Of a DNA stretch of 64,000 bases, positions 28,201 to 39,600 are shown in pieces. This DNA comes from a virus. A program made the translations under genes and the position numbers. The stretch spans positions 6,751 to 70,750 of IMG/VR virus record IMGVR_UViG_3300025668_000786. One strand, 5' to 3'. The stretch's first letter is position 1, and every line of letters starts with the position of its first letter. The notes under the pieces were generated by a model. It was not told where the DNA came from, did no database searches, and saw only the letters and a program-made list of their open reading frames with translations.

Positions 28201-29459
28201 TTCAACATTACTGTTGTACCTTTAGCGTATGTTCTTTTGGCAAAGTTCCAAACTACAACCGCATCAGGCTTGTTGCTTGCGCCGTCGTTGCATTTTGAGT
28301 TCCTCCAAACTGGAGTCCACTGGTTGGGATTTTTGTTTTGAGCCTGAAGAGGCGTGGCTTTTCCCGTAGTGGGTTGATACTTTTTTAGCACATCGTCTAT
28401 GCTAAAATTATCATCGGCAGCGTTTGTATTTGATATCTCATCGATGTTCAATAAGTTTTTACACGGCCCTAATTCATCGTTAAGTATCGCAATACACTGT
28501 AGACTTCCACTTCTGCCCTTTCCACTAATAGAGTCGGCAACAACGTCCAGGGGTTGTGCCGTTTCGGTTTGCCCATCGGTAGGAACCCCATCGACGGTTT
28601 TGCCCACCGGTCCAAATTCACGAACTGGCACGCTCACGTTGGTTAATGGTCCCCTTTGAACGATTCTGTTTCTTGCGTCTCTCGATACGGCGTGGTCATA
28701 TAGACGTAATTTGAAGTTAACATCCTCAGTTTTCTCACATCGCTTTGCGTGACCCATCGGTAGACCTGGTGTTAAGTTAAAAGTAACCTTGGTCGTCCAT
28801 TCTAGACAGTTATTCTTGCTTGCTTTTATACTTGCCAAAAACCCCATTATAGCTTGAAATTGCTGCTGACTCCATGAACCCTCATCTGTCCACTCGTGCA
28901 TTGGTGTACTTTGGCCTTCTTTAGAAACCTTGTAACAGGCCCAATTGTTCATTTCTATAAGTGTTGCAAGACTAGATCCACCATAACCAAAAACGTCAGA
29001 CATTGGAAGAGGAACAAACGGATTAACAGGCCATTTGAGATCTGTCCATCGTACAAGACTGAAAGGAGGAAGTTCAGACATAGACGTACATGCTTTATCT
29101 ACAAAGCTACCTAGCGGAACGTCCCCTATTGTTAGTGTCGATTCATCTGCAAGCCGAAAGGTCCAATTATTAAAAATGTCTGTTATTTCCTCATGAGTAT
29201 TTTCAACAATGTCGTAAATTATAGAATGGTACTGTTTCGGGTTCCCCATATCTTCGAATAGAAAGCTCGGAGACGCAGCCTGTCCATATCCAAAGTAATT
29301 TCTGTTAATAAAATTAATAGAATTTGGAGGTTGATAATTCCAAAACTCCATAGCCGAACCGGTAGTAAAGACCGACAAGGCTAATTTTTCAAAAAGCGGA
29401 TGGTCCGTAGAAATTGAGTGATAAGAATCCTGTACTTTTCCAGTTCCTTGGTTGCTCAT
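25215..29459 (-). CDS. Large tail-associated protein (1414 aa)
   Basis: Long ORF in tail module; C-terminal TGYQVGD...G.V....VINGGHGF repeat-like motif seen in phage tail/baseplate proteins. Confidence 0.65.
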   Translation of the reverse strand: MSNQGTGKVQDSYHSISTDHPLFEKLALSVFTTGSAMEFWNYQPPNSINFINRNYFGYGQAASPSFLFEDMGNPKQYHSIIYDIVENTHEEITDIFNNWTFRLADESTLTIGDVPLGSFVDKACTSMSELPPFSLVRWTDLKWPVNPFVPLPMSDVFGYGGSSLATLIEMNNWACYKVSKEGQSTPMHEWTDEGSWSQQQFQAIMGFLASIKASKNNCLEWTTKVTFNLTPGLPMGHAKRCEKTEDVNFKLRLYDHAVSRDARNRIVQRGPLTNVSVPVREFGPVGKTVDGVPTDGQTETAQPLDVVADSISGKGRSGSLQCIAILNDELGPCKNLLNIDEISNTNAADDNFSIDDVLKKYQPTTGKATPLQAQNKNPNQWTPVWRNSKCNDGASNKPDAVVVWNFAKRTYAKGTTVMLNQMGGSPPNGVIWAVIDFGADPTIPVSQTFEGRWDFTTLIANGNGFFRKFKPDGSEPLNNNKYETFTPQEYETEFRQKYYTDLWNAATAASAPEKDDYARNLIFDGTTSNNPRAINFNVNGKGYVQMTSWDFLHKSMGGTRGETSIGTTVAELTPDGDTWEEREIAKGGDGEDYEPSRIQGFDAAPFFGSLIPNGYKLDPINGADDDTVNYFLGRPAGSNKFHAIEFDTNGSPMVGNVKSLWGAPISPDGGSPFQEASCSHIYKTNPLGFLKGETIIKTNGGMIPADIAVHSSPNGDNGRPITNIEYLNKYMTLSSTNTDEYFKTFQVGSVPKPLYKDQPLRYSWLARVTQEGGIDVANESWDLRPNAGNKVQFRPLMAETYLTFGCGTYESVLVDNRANGVEYLKNMFHMSERSRSTQASRTPVLGANLYNRASDEFKEHNSPVDYSSTLVGTNPPYSPYAYGFPVGTHIKWADDPHTYYAAGNFNKSIWGDTNSSRVGNPNAIGISSAVFTIKSVGKDSVSFEVDCSIGVPSQKNTFGGAFNNFSLILGGSVNINVSTGPTFDAGDSFYWGGGDNPWSFNTTNCHAKVWQAWPRNLTVFDSRFFVAHHFNAGLNAKGVDKYVTKTLYLGNKVLDAVNIPDNLRNAAVVAGFTSDVYGPSYIAEYLYRQGSIWSIDNDLELPNTDKTDGYVGEGNIIYPVDNVSYTPANSRQYEVDYKEPTYSNRDYVGTTADNSLVPVGTKVLRDGPFRDIAQWRVNPKCRLKLLPFKHYRNTIGVAEDDQLITVVKRVGAILGSNIPSARILVSTAAQTGYQVGDRFTTSGGSGKDVILEVSTTLLGAVTQFKVINGGHGFAPIDFMKQYNVTDTSNPVARTFNVNSTSPVKLKPLKLKGLGKGLQGWVVYGEVVQREVTHAKPAECGSNLISPSTKNSSYVTLGGLRQSVAWDAEDKSPDDKYDVMMWFHNDISHTFQYHGDYGGHGPSYQQWLTVNPLPE

Positions 29460-29478
29460 TTTTTTCTTTTCCTATCTA

Positions 29479-32400
29479 TTATGGTGCTGAAGGGTTGTGC
29501 CAAATGTTTACATCAAAATTACCGAATTCTGGACTTGGAAAATTAGGATGATCTGGAGTCATAGACACTCCTTGACTAGTATCTGCAATATCTCCCCCCG
29601 CCGTGGTCATGTCGTTATATTTTTCTGTTCCCCAGTCCCAAGCCCCTTTTGTAAATTCAACCGTATCACTGTCCATTGTAGTTGCAGACTGTTCGACCTC
29701 CTTCGAATCAGCATTGTCGTTTGGCAAGGCTGAGAGGAATATTTTGTTTGGCATCTCTTTAATTTCCTCTCCTATATTCTCCGCTGACGAAATCATTCCA
29801 GAAAATTTACGCTCTAGGCCACCAAAAATGTCTGCTGATGTTGCAGACTTGACCATACCCTTTCTAATTAGGGCGTTCTTTTCGTCTATCATTTTTTGTC
29901 TCTCTCTGGCGGCACGTCCTATAGCGTCTTCTTTTTGTTTTTGCATCTTTCCAAATCTAGCAGTGTACAAGTCCATCTTAACGGTTGTCTTAACGCTGTC
30001 CCCAATGCTAACGGATACAGAAGTTACTAACGGGCCTTCATTCCGCAAGGCTTTTGCTAAAGAAATTCCCGTTGGAGCTTCCGGCATAACAAATCCGCCC
30101 CTCTCCATAAATAGCAACATGCTGTTTGAAAACTGAGCTTTCAACGATCCTGCTTCATTCATAAGTTGATAACCGGTATAGTTCCAGGGCGCTAGACTTT
30201 CATCCTTTACAAACTCTATCTTACCCCCTATATCGGTATACCTAACACGGCTACCTCCACTGGAATTTTGGATAGACTGAGACTGCCAAGGTCCATAGCA
30301 ATTTTCCATAGACATCAATGGCAAAGCAACAACATCGGGGTGAACAGGAGAAGGGCTAGCAAAACCAATGGCAACATCAATCTGGCCCATAACCATATTC
30401 TTTTTATTATTCCTATAATACATCATCGCTTCATTTATCTCGTTTGCGGAAAATCTGTCGTCATTACATGCCCTGGCAAGTAAATCGACCTGTGAGGATT
30501 TGGATCTTGGCTTATCAAACCCCGCAACCCCTCCCTTGACCACGTCAACGGTTAGAGCGTTTTTAAGGTTTGGTGCATTCATAGACTGCATTATGCCGTC
30601 CATGTATCTCTGATCTTGAGTAGCTTCAATTTTACCCGGTACTGTAATTATTGCGTATACATTATCGTCATCTAGGTTTTCTAGATCGGTATTTATAATA
30701 TCCCCATCCAGCATCGAACTGTAATATCTGACAAAGTCTTCGTTATTCACCTTCTTTCCATCGTAGCCACCGTTAGACCTTTTTGGGACGAAGGTTAAAT
30801 TAATTTCAGACGCCGAAAGGAATGGAACCTTACAGCCACTGTCATTTACTTTTTCACCTTCGGTATATATGGGGTCATGAGTAACAAGTTCGGTATCTCT
30901 ACCAAAAACCTTGGTCCTAACCTTGTGGGTTTTAGGTGGCATGTAAAATTTTTCACTTAATTCACACTTAACAAAAGCTACAGCGGGCTGAGGAGGTAAG
31001 GACTGAGACATTCGTTTACCGACAGCGTCAAAGTTAACCTTGTTGTTTGCATCCATATTGTTTACTTCTTCACATATGTCTGGAATTAAACCCGCCGCCG
31101 TTTTTTTCTCCTGTGCTACACTATCCTTGGGTATTGATGAAAGATTTAAAAATTGACTATTATTGTATCTTACGTAACAGGAAATTCTTCCATTGTCGCC
31201 AACAAAGTTAGTTAAGTCTTTTGGAGTTAGAAGGCTTTGTGTAGATAGTGGCAGTTGTGAATTTGGCGCACTTCTAGCTTCTGTAAAAGAAAGACTCTTA
31301 TCAAAGATAGCATAGTTAAAGAATCCACCCTGTGGCTCTGGCTTGTAATTAAAATCCCAATTTTCCGATATTGGATTGAAGTTTCCTTTTAAGGCTCCGT
31401 ATTTATACCTAGGGGTGACAGGGCTATTTGGGCCTAAAAGTAATTTGTTATCAAGGTAATGTTCGTATTCATTACCAGCGTTCAAAGTACTTCTCTTCGC
31501 CAACATTTCCTGTTGAAATGCTACTGAGCCATAATAATTCAACTCGCTACTAATTGGCTGAGGTCTAAACCCAAACGGACCCTGTTTGATATTAAATGTA
31601 TTATCTGAATAATCTGATATTTGCTTATTGTATCCTAGGTTGCACATTTTTGGAATTTTAACCAAAAACTTTTTGCCAAGATGTTTGCTTGCTACTTCTT
31701 TTACAAAATTAAAAACCTTCATGGAGTTTTTTTTGCTCGCTTCGCCAATTCTGTCTATCGATGGTGAAAGATGTTTCGCTGCGTCTTTACTTTGTTTAGC
31801 CCTAGCTTTAAGCGATCCAGCAGAAGCAATAGCGGCATCGTTTAACTTCGTTTTCTCCTTTATTTTCACTATCATTTCATCAATTTTTCCTGACTCAAAC
31901 GGACTAATCCCCGCCTTCTTTTTTTCAAGACTCGCTATTAATACCTCATTTTGAGTGTTTTTTTCAATATATTTATCTTCTAGGTTTTTTGCTTTTTCAT
32001 GATTCGTTTGAATTTGAGTTCTTGCTACTACCAACTCAGTGTACCCAGCCTGCGGTATTCCTATTTTTTCTGCTCGCTTGAAATATAAGGGATATCCATA
32101 TGGAGGAGAACACTGACTGGCCGGATAACCATCTGAATCGACATAATTTCTATCAGAATTAAAAACACACCTAGGAACATCTACAGCATACTCGTTGGCG
32201 GCGTATTGCGCGTGAGCACTTGCAATACTATCCTCGGTTCCAGGAAACATTTCAGATGCATCTAAAGTCCTAACAATTGCACCATTTAAAGCCTGGTTCT
32301 CCCCAACCTCAGAAACGTATCTCTCATTGTACTGTAGTAAAAACTTAACCCACTGTTTATATCCGGCTAGTGCTGCACGTAGCTCCATTTCGGTTGCTAT

Positions 32401-34221
32401 GTAATAATTACCAACGCCAAAAGCATCCAAACTTGTAGAGTCTAATAGTATTTGCTGATAAGAACCCCAACCTCTAGGTATCGTTACGGCGTCTTTACCC
32501 AAAAAACCGTAAAAGGGTAAAACCTGCTGTTTTAGAGATGTCTCCAAAGCCCATTGGTTTCTTTGTAGCAGTTGGTATTTATTTGACAGTCCGTTGTCAT
32601 GCCTCCTTAATTGTAAGTTGTCCCTGTCTTTATTGGAGTGGAAGTAGTGCATTTCTACTTCTTGTGCGCCCACCACAAACTTATTCGTGGTAACGTTTGA
32701 AACTTCGTATCCAACATTCCTATTCTCTACATAGATGTCTCTATTTTCAAGGCCGTCAAGATAGCCTGCAATCGCCCCGTAGTTAGGCTGTTTAGATTTA
32801 TCTATTGTATCTATACGAATTATCCCAGCGATAATTTTATCGGTTTGCCCCGTATTAATATAGTGTTGATTTTTGCTATACAACCAGCTTTGCCCTGGGT
32901 GATTTATAACCGGAAGCAGGCTAACGCTCATATCGTAACTAATAATGTCACACAGCTCTTGGGCGAATGACAGCAAGTCTATCTGGTCAAAATCCATAAA
33001 GTACATGCTCGGAATTTTCTCAATCGGTATCCCCGTCCAGTCCACTACGTATTTAAACCCGCGAAACTCTATAGCCCCACCGAAACCCTTGTCCTTGAAT
33101 TCATCTGGCAGATTCCCGTTCATTTCAAACAGGGTCTCCATCGCTTGAAATATTCTATAAATTGGTATACCTTGGTCGGACCTCCTCGAAAGTCCCTGTC
33201 CGGTAACTGGGAATTTTGGCGGATAGTTCTGTAGGCCAAATACTAGGTAGTCTGGAAACTTGTAAAGGTCTGGAAAATAAAATGGAGATGGAACAGTTCC
33301 GTCAAGAATTATCGACGTGTCCTCTATCCTTGGACCGTATGAAACTTCACCACTGCTTTGGTCAACATACTTTTTAAGTGTGGTTTTGCTTTCACGAACA
33401 GAATCTATATCTGCCTGCAAGGCTTCGCTTATGTCATACTCTAAAAACCCAAATAAGTTAAACAGATTTTTGTTGTTATAGGTAGTGCCCGCATAATTGT
33501 TTAGGACAATCGTAGCATTAGATAGTATTTCTCGTGGGTCTTGTACAGAAACACTATAAACAGGATTTCCAGTAGGGCCACGGTTTTGGGTGTAACTTTG
33601 TAGCACCCCACCAAAAACAAAATGGCCGTACCCGCGCCTGTAGTCATTTAACTGGTTGTCATACATGATGGATTTATTTTCCCATGTATTTACTTGGGCC
33701 GGTCCAGTACCGGATTTTGACTTCAAGAAATGAAAGTGACTTGGTATAGAGTCTATCTGACCGTTTGTTGTCGTTGTAGGGAAAACAATTGGTAGATTTA
33801 AAGTGTTATACCCATACGTGTCATCGAAGGTCTTTCTCCAAGCCTGTTCTATGCTAGCTAGATTTTTTCCAAATTTAAAGAAAACTGGCGTACCAGGTAT
33901 GAGTGATGAAAACTGATCTTTAGTACCATCATGATAGATGTCATCACCAGTCCCAAGTGTGGTTGTGTCAGATTTATTATATTCATCCTCTACCAAGGAA
34001 ACCGAAAGTGAACTAGTGGTGTCGCCAAACCCAGCGTTAAGATCAAAGTTTCTAATAGACGCCCCAAGAAAAGTTTGTTGAACAAAGCCTTCATTACCAA
34101 CGGTCCATCCAGCAGAAGAGGTCATACCGCCAGACCCTTGTGTTAGCACAAGGTTGGCAGGCCAGTTTAGACCATGATCACCCGATGGTGATATTATCGA
34201 TTTTTGATTAGCAAATGGCAT
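29479..34221 (-). CDS. Putative tail tip/baseplate hub protein (1580 aa)
   Basis: N-terminal TFLGASI..F....GF....SSLSV.LVED, FVFGG.LQSY, YSVSV.DPR; C-terminal VTSVSVSIG...TTV; position in tail module. Confidence 0.55.
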   Translation of the reverse strand: MPFANQKSIISPSGDHGLNWPANLVLTQGSGGMTSSAGWTVGNEGFVQQTFLGASIRNFDLNAGFGDTTSSLSVSLVEDEYNKSDTTTLGTGDDIYHDGTKDQFSSLIPGTPVFFKFGKNLASIEQAWRKTFDDTYGYNTLNLPIVFPTTTTNGQIDSIPSHFHFLKSKSGTGPAQVNTWENKSIMYDNQLNDYRRGYGHFVFGGVLQSYTQNRGPTGNPVYSVSVQDPREILSNATIVLNNYAGTTYNNKNLFNLFGFLEYDISEALQADIDSVRESKTTLKKYVDQSSGEVSYGPRIEDTSIILDGTVPSPFYFPDLYKFPDYLVFGLQNYPPKFPVTGQGLSRRSDQGIPIYRIFQAMETLFEMNGNLPDEFKDKGFGGAIEFRGFKYVVDWTGIPIEKIPSMYFMDFDQIDLLSFAQELCDIISYDMSVSLLPVINHPGQSWLYSKNQHYINTGQTDKIIAGIIRIDTIDKSKQPNYGAIAGYLDGLENRDIYVENRNVGYEVSNVTTNKFVVGAQEVEMHYFHSNKDRDNLQLRRHDNGLSNKYQLLQRNQWALETSLKQQVLPFYGFLGKDAVTIPRGWGSYQQILLDSTSLDAFGVGNYYIATEMELRAALAGYKQWVKFLLQYNERYVSEVGENQALNGAIVRTLDASEMFPGTEDSIASAHAQYAANEYAVDVPRCVFNSDRNYVDSDGYPASQCSPPYGYPLYFKRAEKIGIPQAGYTELVVARTQIQTNHEKAKNLEDKYIEKNTQNEVLIASLEKKKAGISPFESGKIDEMIVKIKEKTKLNDAAIASAGSLKARAKQSKDAAKHLSPSIDRIGEASKKNSMKVFNFVKEVASKHLGKKFLVKIPKMCNLGYNKQISDYSDNTFNIKQGPFGFRPQPISSELNYYGSVAFQQEMLAKRSTLNAGNEYEHYLDNKLLLGPNSPVTPRYKYGALKGNFNPISENWDFNYKPEPQGGFFNYAIFDKSLSFTEARSAPNSQLPLSTQSLLTPKDLTNFVGDNGRISCYVRYNNSQFLNLSSIPKDSVAQEKKTAAGLIPDICEEVNNMDANNKVNFDAVGKRMSQSLPPQPAVAFVKCELSEKFYMPPKTHKVRTKVFGRDTELVTHDPIYTEGEKVNDSGCKVPFLSASEINLTFVPKRSNGGYDGKKVNNEDFVRYYSSMLDGDIINTDLENLDDDNVYAIITVPGKIEATQDQRYMDGIMQSMNAPNLKNALTVDVVKGGVAGFDKPRSKSSQVDLLARACNDDRFSANEINEAMMYYRNNKKNMVMGQIDVAIGFASPSPVHPDVVALPLMSMENCYGPWQSQSIQNSSGGSRVRYTDIGGKIEFVKDESLAPWNYTGYQLMNEAGSLKAQFSNSMLLFMERGGFVMPEAPTGISLAKALRNEGPLVTSVSVSIGDSVKTTVKMDLYTARFGKMQKQKEDAIGRAARERQKMIDEKNALIRKGMVKSATSADIFGGLERKFSGMISSAENIGEEIKEMPNKIFLSALPNDNADSKEVEQSATTMDSDTVEFTKGAWDWGTEKYNDMTTAGGDIADTSQGVSMTPDHPNFPSPEFGNFDVNIWHNPSAP

Positions 34222-34245
34222 TCCTTGGTAACTCCAATTGTTTAA

Positions 34246-34557
34246 TTATTTTTTTCCTGATGGTTTAATAGGCGTTCCGCTACTAGTGGTATCTTCAACA
34301 TCAATAACGTTATCAAGATTAGATATGTCATATGGATTCAATGGACGTTGTGACATTTTTATGTTGCCAGCAAAACCAATAGAAACCAAAGTATCTGCCT
34401 GAGATACAGAACCATCAGTAGCTTTTTGTTGGTAATAGTGATTATATTTATTAGCGGTTGAAAAATCAGCAGCACCCGACAATGCAGCGCTAGAATCAAA
34501 GGAAAAATTTGTTGTCCCGGTTAATCCGTAACTGCTAGAGCTGGAAAATCTTAACAT
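34246..34557 (-). CDS. Small hypothetical virion protein
   Basis: Fills gap in tightly packed - strand operon. Confidence 0.55.
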   Translation of the reverse strand: MLRFSSSSSYGLTGTTNFSFDSSAALSGAADFSTANKYNHYYQQKATDGSVSQADTLVSIGFAGNIKMSQRPLNPYDISNLDNVIDVEDTTSSGTPIKPSGKK

Positions 34558-34559
34558 TC

Positions 34560-34868
34560 TTACACTCCATCTGCATGAAATATGCCACTAACATCTTGAA
34601 TTATTAAGTCGGAGTTTTGAGTGTTTTCTTCTGCACCGTGGGTTTTGTATACACCAGACATTTTAGGTTGATTAACAATAAATTCAGGAGGCTTAGGGAA
34701 AACTAAATTAATACCACTTCCTTGTTGGTCATGAGCTTGAGAAACATCAAAATAATTAGCCTCTCCAGACGGAAGAATCCCACTGGTTGGAACTTGAACC
34801 TTTTGAGCCGGAAGAAGGGGTATTCTCGGACCCATATCGACATCAGCGAAATCTTGCCAGGTAACCAT
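34560..34868 (-). CDS. Small hypothetical virion protein (SG-rich)
   Basis: Tightly packed; 5 of 7 Ser are followed by Gly. Confidence 0.6.
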   Translation of the reverse strand: MVTWQDFADVDMGPRIPLLPAQKVQVPTSGILPSGEANYFDVSQAHDQQGSGINLVFPKPPEFIVNQPKMSGVYKTHGAEENTQNSDLIIQDVSGIFHADGV

Positions 34869-34870
34869 GA

Positions 34871-36616
34871 TTACTTATCCATTTCATAAGTCCAAGAAAG
34901 ATTTATGCTGTAGTTTCCAGCTTTTGGATTCCAACTTTCGCTAGGAGGTGCCAAGAAGTACTTTCTTATACCTGGCTCGCCAGCCGGGCTTAATTCTGTT
35001 AAAAGCTTTGCGATTTGATTTGCTGTTGGTTGAACAACGCTTGGTTTTTTTAGTAGTAGATCGTTCCTTTGTGACCCATATGGAACTTTTGTATAGTCCA
35101 TAGTTAAACTTAAAGACACATCCCTTTTATACTCTGTTCTACCTCCTATGTATTGCAATACCGGCCCCGTCCTCCTACCAAGTACAGGAATGACAGCAAA
35201 AACATCTCCAGGGTATGTATCATTAACACTAATTGTTTCCGATAAAACCCCAGGAATTATATTGGTGGGCCTGTTGTCAAACTGTAGATTGTAAGTGAGT
35301 TCTCCTGTATAATGATTAGCACCAAGGGTTACAGACTTTGGTTGGGAATTTAACTCAACCGCTACAGAGTTGTTAGCCCTCTTGTATACATCCGAACCAA
35401 CTCCAAAAACCCCATCTTTAGAAATTTTATTGTATTTGCCTCGGGCATTTTCAAAGGCTCCGCTTGGAGGGGTATTAGGGTCTTTTCCTCCATTGACTCC
35501 ATGTCCATAGCTCTTATCGAAGTCAAGGCCACCAAAACCACTAGGGCTATACTCTGACAAACCCTTAATATTGCCGTCTATTGAAACGCTTACAAATGGA
35601 CTATCCGTAGAGCTTGATATAGACAGGTTAAAATTTTCATACGCGCTATCTTGGGCTATTAGCCAATTTTCAGAAACGCTAAAGGTTCCAGCAGACTCAC
35701 TCAAGTTCTCAGTTCGTATATGGTTAAACCCACGATATGTATCAATTAGGTTCAAAGTCCCACTACCAATCCGACCCATTATATTTGGATAGCTTGGATA
35801 ATCTCTTCCTGCGGGGTTGTCTGCTAGCCTGTCGGTTACAAATTTTTGAGCTTGCTCCCAAGCTGGTTTCTTTCCATTTGGTCCATAGTGAGTTTTACCC
35901 GTAGCATTTATGTTGTGAGATATTCTATAGCTTCTAGGCAATCCTACGGATTCGCCCTGCGCTTCATCAACCTCTAGCGACCAGTCTTCACTAAAATCAG
36001 AAATAAAAGCGCCTGACATAGAGGTCAATAAATCTTGTTCGGTTTTATTGCTATGTATCCCAGGAGCGCGGGCTATTAATGACCCTTCATCGCTAACAAA
36101 GTCTCCAGGGCCACCTTCGTTGAGCAACAAGGTATCAGCCTCAAGGGTTATCGTATACTCAGCACGCTCTACATATACACCCTCTTGGAAATCGACACTT
36201 GTCACTCTGGGGTAGCAAACAAAGTTTGGGACTCCGGTTTCCCAATCTGTAATGGCTAGCTTTTGACCGTCTTCAGCAAATAAGGCTCTCAGTGCCGACT
36301 GTTTAGACAGAACGGCGGTTAAAGATTCTTTATAGGGAACAAGTTGCACGTCGGGTATGGTAGCACTTGTGAAAGCTCCATAGGGACCAGATCCTTGTGG
36401 GAGACTACCATCCCCTTTTGGAAAGAGAGTGTTGGTAGGTCCATAGAAAGCATATGGAGATCCCATGTTATCAATGACTGAACCTGTTAACGTTATAGAG
36501 TAACTAACGCCAAAAGCTTCGCTTGCTCCGTTTTTCAATATTTGTGTAGAAACCGACACCAATGGGGCTGGCGTAATTTGTACTGTAGTACCCTTATGAT
36601 CTATTTGTACTGGCAT
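34871..36616 (-). CDS. Putative distal tail/baseplate protein
   Basis: Repeated beta units ending Y.I.L/W.Y (YSITLTG, YTITLE, YRISHNINATG, YSINLSWTY); abuts giant gene. Confidence 0.55.
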   Translation of the reverse strand: MPVQIDHKGTTVQITPAPLVSVSTQILKNGASEAFGVSYSITLTGSVIDNMGSPYAFYGPTNTLFPKGDGSLPQGSGPYGAFTSATIPDVQLVPYKESLTAVLSKQSALRALFAEDGQKLAITDWETGVPNFVCYPRVTSVDFQEGVYVERAEYTITLEADTLLLNEGGPGDFVSDEGSLIARAPGIHSNKTEQDLLTSMSGAFISDFSEDWSLEVDEAQGESVGLPRSYRISHNINATGKTHYGPNGKKPAWEQAQKFVTDRLADNPAGRDYPSYPNIMGRIGSGTLNLIDTYRGFNHIRTENLSESAGTFSVSENWLIAQDSAYENFNLSISSSTDSPFVSVSIDGNIKGLSEYSPSGFGGLDFDKSYGHGVNGGKDPNTPPSGAFENARGKYNKISKDGVFGVGSDVYKRANNSVAVELNSQPKSVTLGANHYTGELTYNLQFDNRPTNIIPGVLSETISVNDTYPGDVFAVIPVLGRRTGPVLQYIGGRTEYKRDVSLSLTMDYTKVPYGSQRNDLLLKKPSVVQPTANQIAKLLTELSPAGEPGIRKYFLAPPSESWNPKAGNYSINLSWTYEMDK

Positions 36617-39600
36617 TTAAAATCCTCGAACTCTAAGATTAAGTGGGTCGTCTGTGTCTACCTGTACAACACCACTTGTAAATAGATTTAATGTACCGGA
36701 GACCGCTGTGGGTTCAGCCCCAGAAACCGCTAAACTTAGAGGGGTGTTACCACTGCCAACCTGAGTTAATGTCCAATCCTTGCCCGTATGTAGATTCATA
36801 CTATTATACACGATTCCCCCATCTGGACCGTCAATAAACAGATTCATTCCAGAGGGAAATTCTCCACTCTGGCTAGAATCTACAGATATTGGCTTACCAG
36901 AGATAAGAAGAGACATGTACCCTGTGGTTTCTATACCAGGCAGCAATTCTGCAATAACAGAAGTGACATAGGGGCGATGTGCTACAAATCCACGTACAGC
37001 AGGATCGTACCCAGAAGCCTCTAAGAATATATCGCCATTACTATTGGCATTTATCAAACCGCTTACGGAATACTCTATGGAAGGGCCAGAGGTGTTTTGA
37101 TACACCCTCGCATGTAGATCGTTTTCATCGCCATCGCCTGTAAAGACTTTGGCGTCGATCCAAGATCCAGTATTTGGTATAGCTGGAATTTGTTCTCTTA
37201 ACATTAAATCGTTAGTATATACAGCCCCTGCGTCACCAGACGGTTCACCAAACATTCCATAGTCATGTTTTGGCGCTCCTGCAACTAGGGTGTAATCACT
37301 ATCTCCACGGCGTGCTCTATCAAGAGATACGCTTCTGCCAAACAAATCGTTTTCATTCCCACTAGATCCGGGTAGTACTATGGTAGAAATTTCACGAGAA
37401 TTATATCCTTGTGAAACTATTTTGTCTTTGTATCTCCACTCTTTTTTTCTACTTGGCCAATCAGTAATGCTATGCTCGTACATGAATACAGCACCGTTGT
37501 TTAGCACGAATCGGCTTAAATCATTTATACCACTTGCGTTGTTAAACTTATCAATTCGAACTCCAGAGCTACCTAGATCATAAAAGCTATGATTAGGTAT
37601 TGTAAACGAAGCATTGAATTCTTTTCTTATAAATGCTGAATCACCTTCATAAATATGATGGTGTAGAGTGCCCATGTCATGACCCGGAGCACCAATGGCG
37701 ACAAAGTCAGCATCTATACTAACTGAATAACCAAGTTGATCTGTAATTGGAGCCTTGTCAAAATCTTTACTAGATACAACAGCTTGATTTCCAAATTTTT
37801 CTGTAAAGCTATCCGAGGTGGCATTATCAATTCCCACATTAATGCTACTCGGCTTAATTTTTTGCTTATATTCCCACGGCAGTCTCTCGGAAACTGCATT
37901 CCGACCCTTTTCTGTTCTTTCGAAGTAGAAGGCTGCTCCAGCGCCACCGTTGTTGCTGAGTTCCAACCCGGAACCTAAATCTCCCGCGTTGTAGGCGGCC
38001 ACAATTCCAGACCAAGAAATCGGCTTCTCCCCGACAAATGCATTGAATGGACTTCCCACAACGAGTTTATCTTTGTGTAGACTTACGGAGTAACCGAATA
38101 GATCCCCCGGATACCCCGAATAAGAAACGTTAAAATCGAGATGGTCTTCCCCGTACTTTCTCATAAAATTAGAGGGCAGACTCGTAAAACATACCCCACT
38201 TTCCAGAGTCATGAAGGCAATCGGTCTGGTTGTCGGGAACCGTGGAGGAGGATCAGCAGGGCAATCCTTAGTACCGCCATTAAAACCATACCCCGGCATA
38301 ACACTCTCTGCAAAGGTCTTGATGTGCCCACACATCTGTGGGGGGCTTGGTTCTTTTGGCCTACCGACATCTCCAGGGTTTAAAACATCTTCATCGTCTG
38401 AAAACGACGTAATGGCTGGCCTTGATGTGGACGACTCAAAGAGATCCATAATGCCATCTAGGCCACTCGCTGCCCACAGCTTAGAAGGGCTGCCTCTTTC
38501 AGGCGCTCTTAATTTTTGTGTGAAATCAAAATTTCTACCAGAAAGTCCACGTGGCGACACTGGATATAAGCTTCTGATAAACGCCTGATTAGACCCAACT
38601 GAATCATCCCTATATGTATTTGGACCTTGTATCATAGAAGAGTCGGCCAATACAACGATTCTAGATCTTTCAGAACCATTAGATCCAGGTGAAAAGTGTT
38701 CGAACTCTTCGGCTGCTACAACCGGGCCGTCTTCTATTAACTGGCCTCCTTTGTCTTCGCATTCTTTTTCCACGACTGGGAATCCGGGGCAATATTTAGT
38801 ATTATCTGTCTTTATGGGTCTCATGTGTCCAGGAACTGTTACGTCCTTACCGGGATCTACCACCCAGACACCAGAACATTTTTCTCCAATTATCTCCGTC
38901 TCTGAACGACTTACGATCTCATGTTCTATCGGCAATAAACATCCCGATATATTAAGAATTCTTGGAGTAAACGGCTGAGGACCGCTGCGGCGAAAAGAGC
39001 TTGAGAGGTAAGACAATGTAATTTCATCAGAGTGAGCTTTAAAGTCTATAATGCCTGTTCGAGTTGATCCGGCGTATTTTACTGCAACGTTAGAATGGTT
39101 ACGATGCTTTTTCACATAATAAGGCTTACCGTCATGAAGTATTTTGTCGTCTGTTCCATGAAGACGTACATTTATAGGTATGTTTTCGTTAGCATTTTCA
39201 GAAACGTAGTCTAAATACAATCTATAACCAGAACCCGGCTGAACGGTAAACTTCGTTTCGCCTGCCCCTCTAATAGTCCAATCTATATATGGAACTTCAT
39301 AGCTTTCGTAAATAGGCTCATTATAATGAATTATTTTTCTTGATCTGTCTCCAACCTTGATAGCGTAAAATTCATATGCATCCGCTACTTCATCCAGTGA
39401 ACCAGGATTCGTGTCTAGATCTACCTCCAGCGTATTGGTGCCTTCATCCTTTGCTGGGCCTATTACAAGCTTATCTAACGAATCATAATTAATGGTAAGT
39501 TCTTTAGTACCCTCTATTGTTTCAATTTCGCAGATAAACGAATCGCTGCCACATCCATATATTACTGGATTATCCCTATTGACTTTTTGTCTTGAATTTT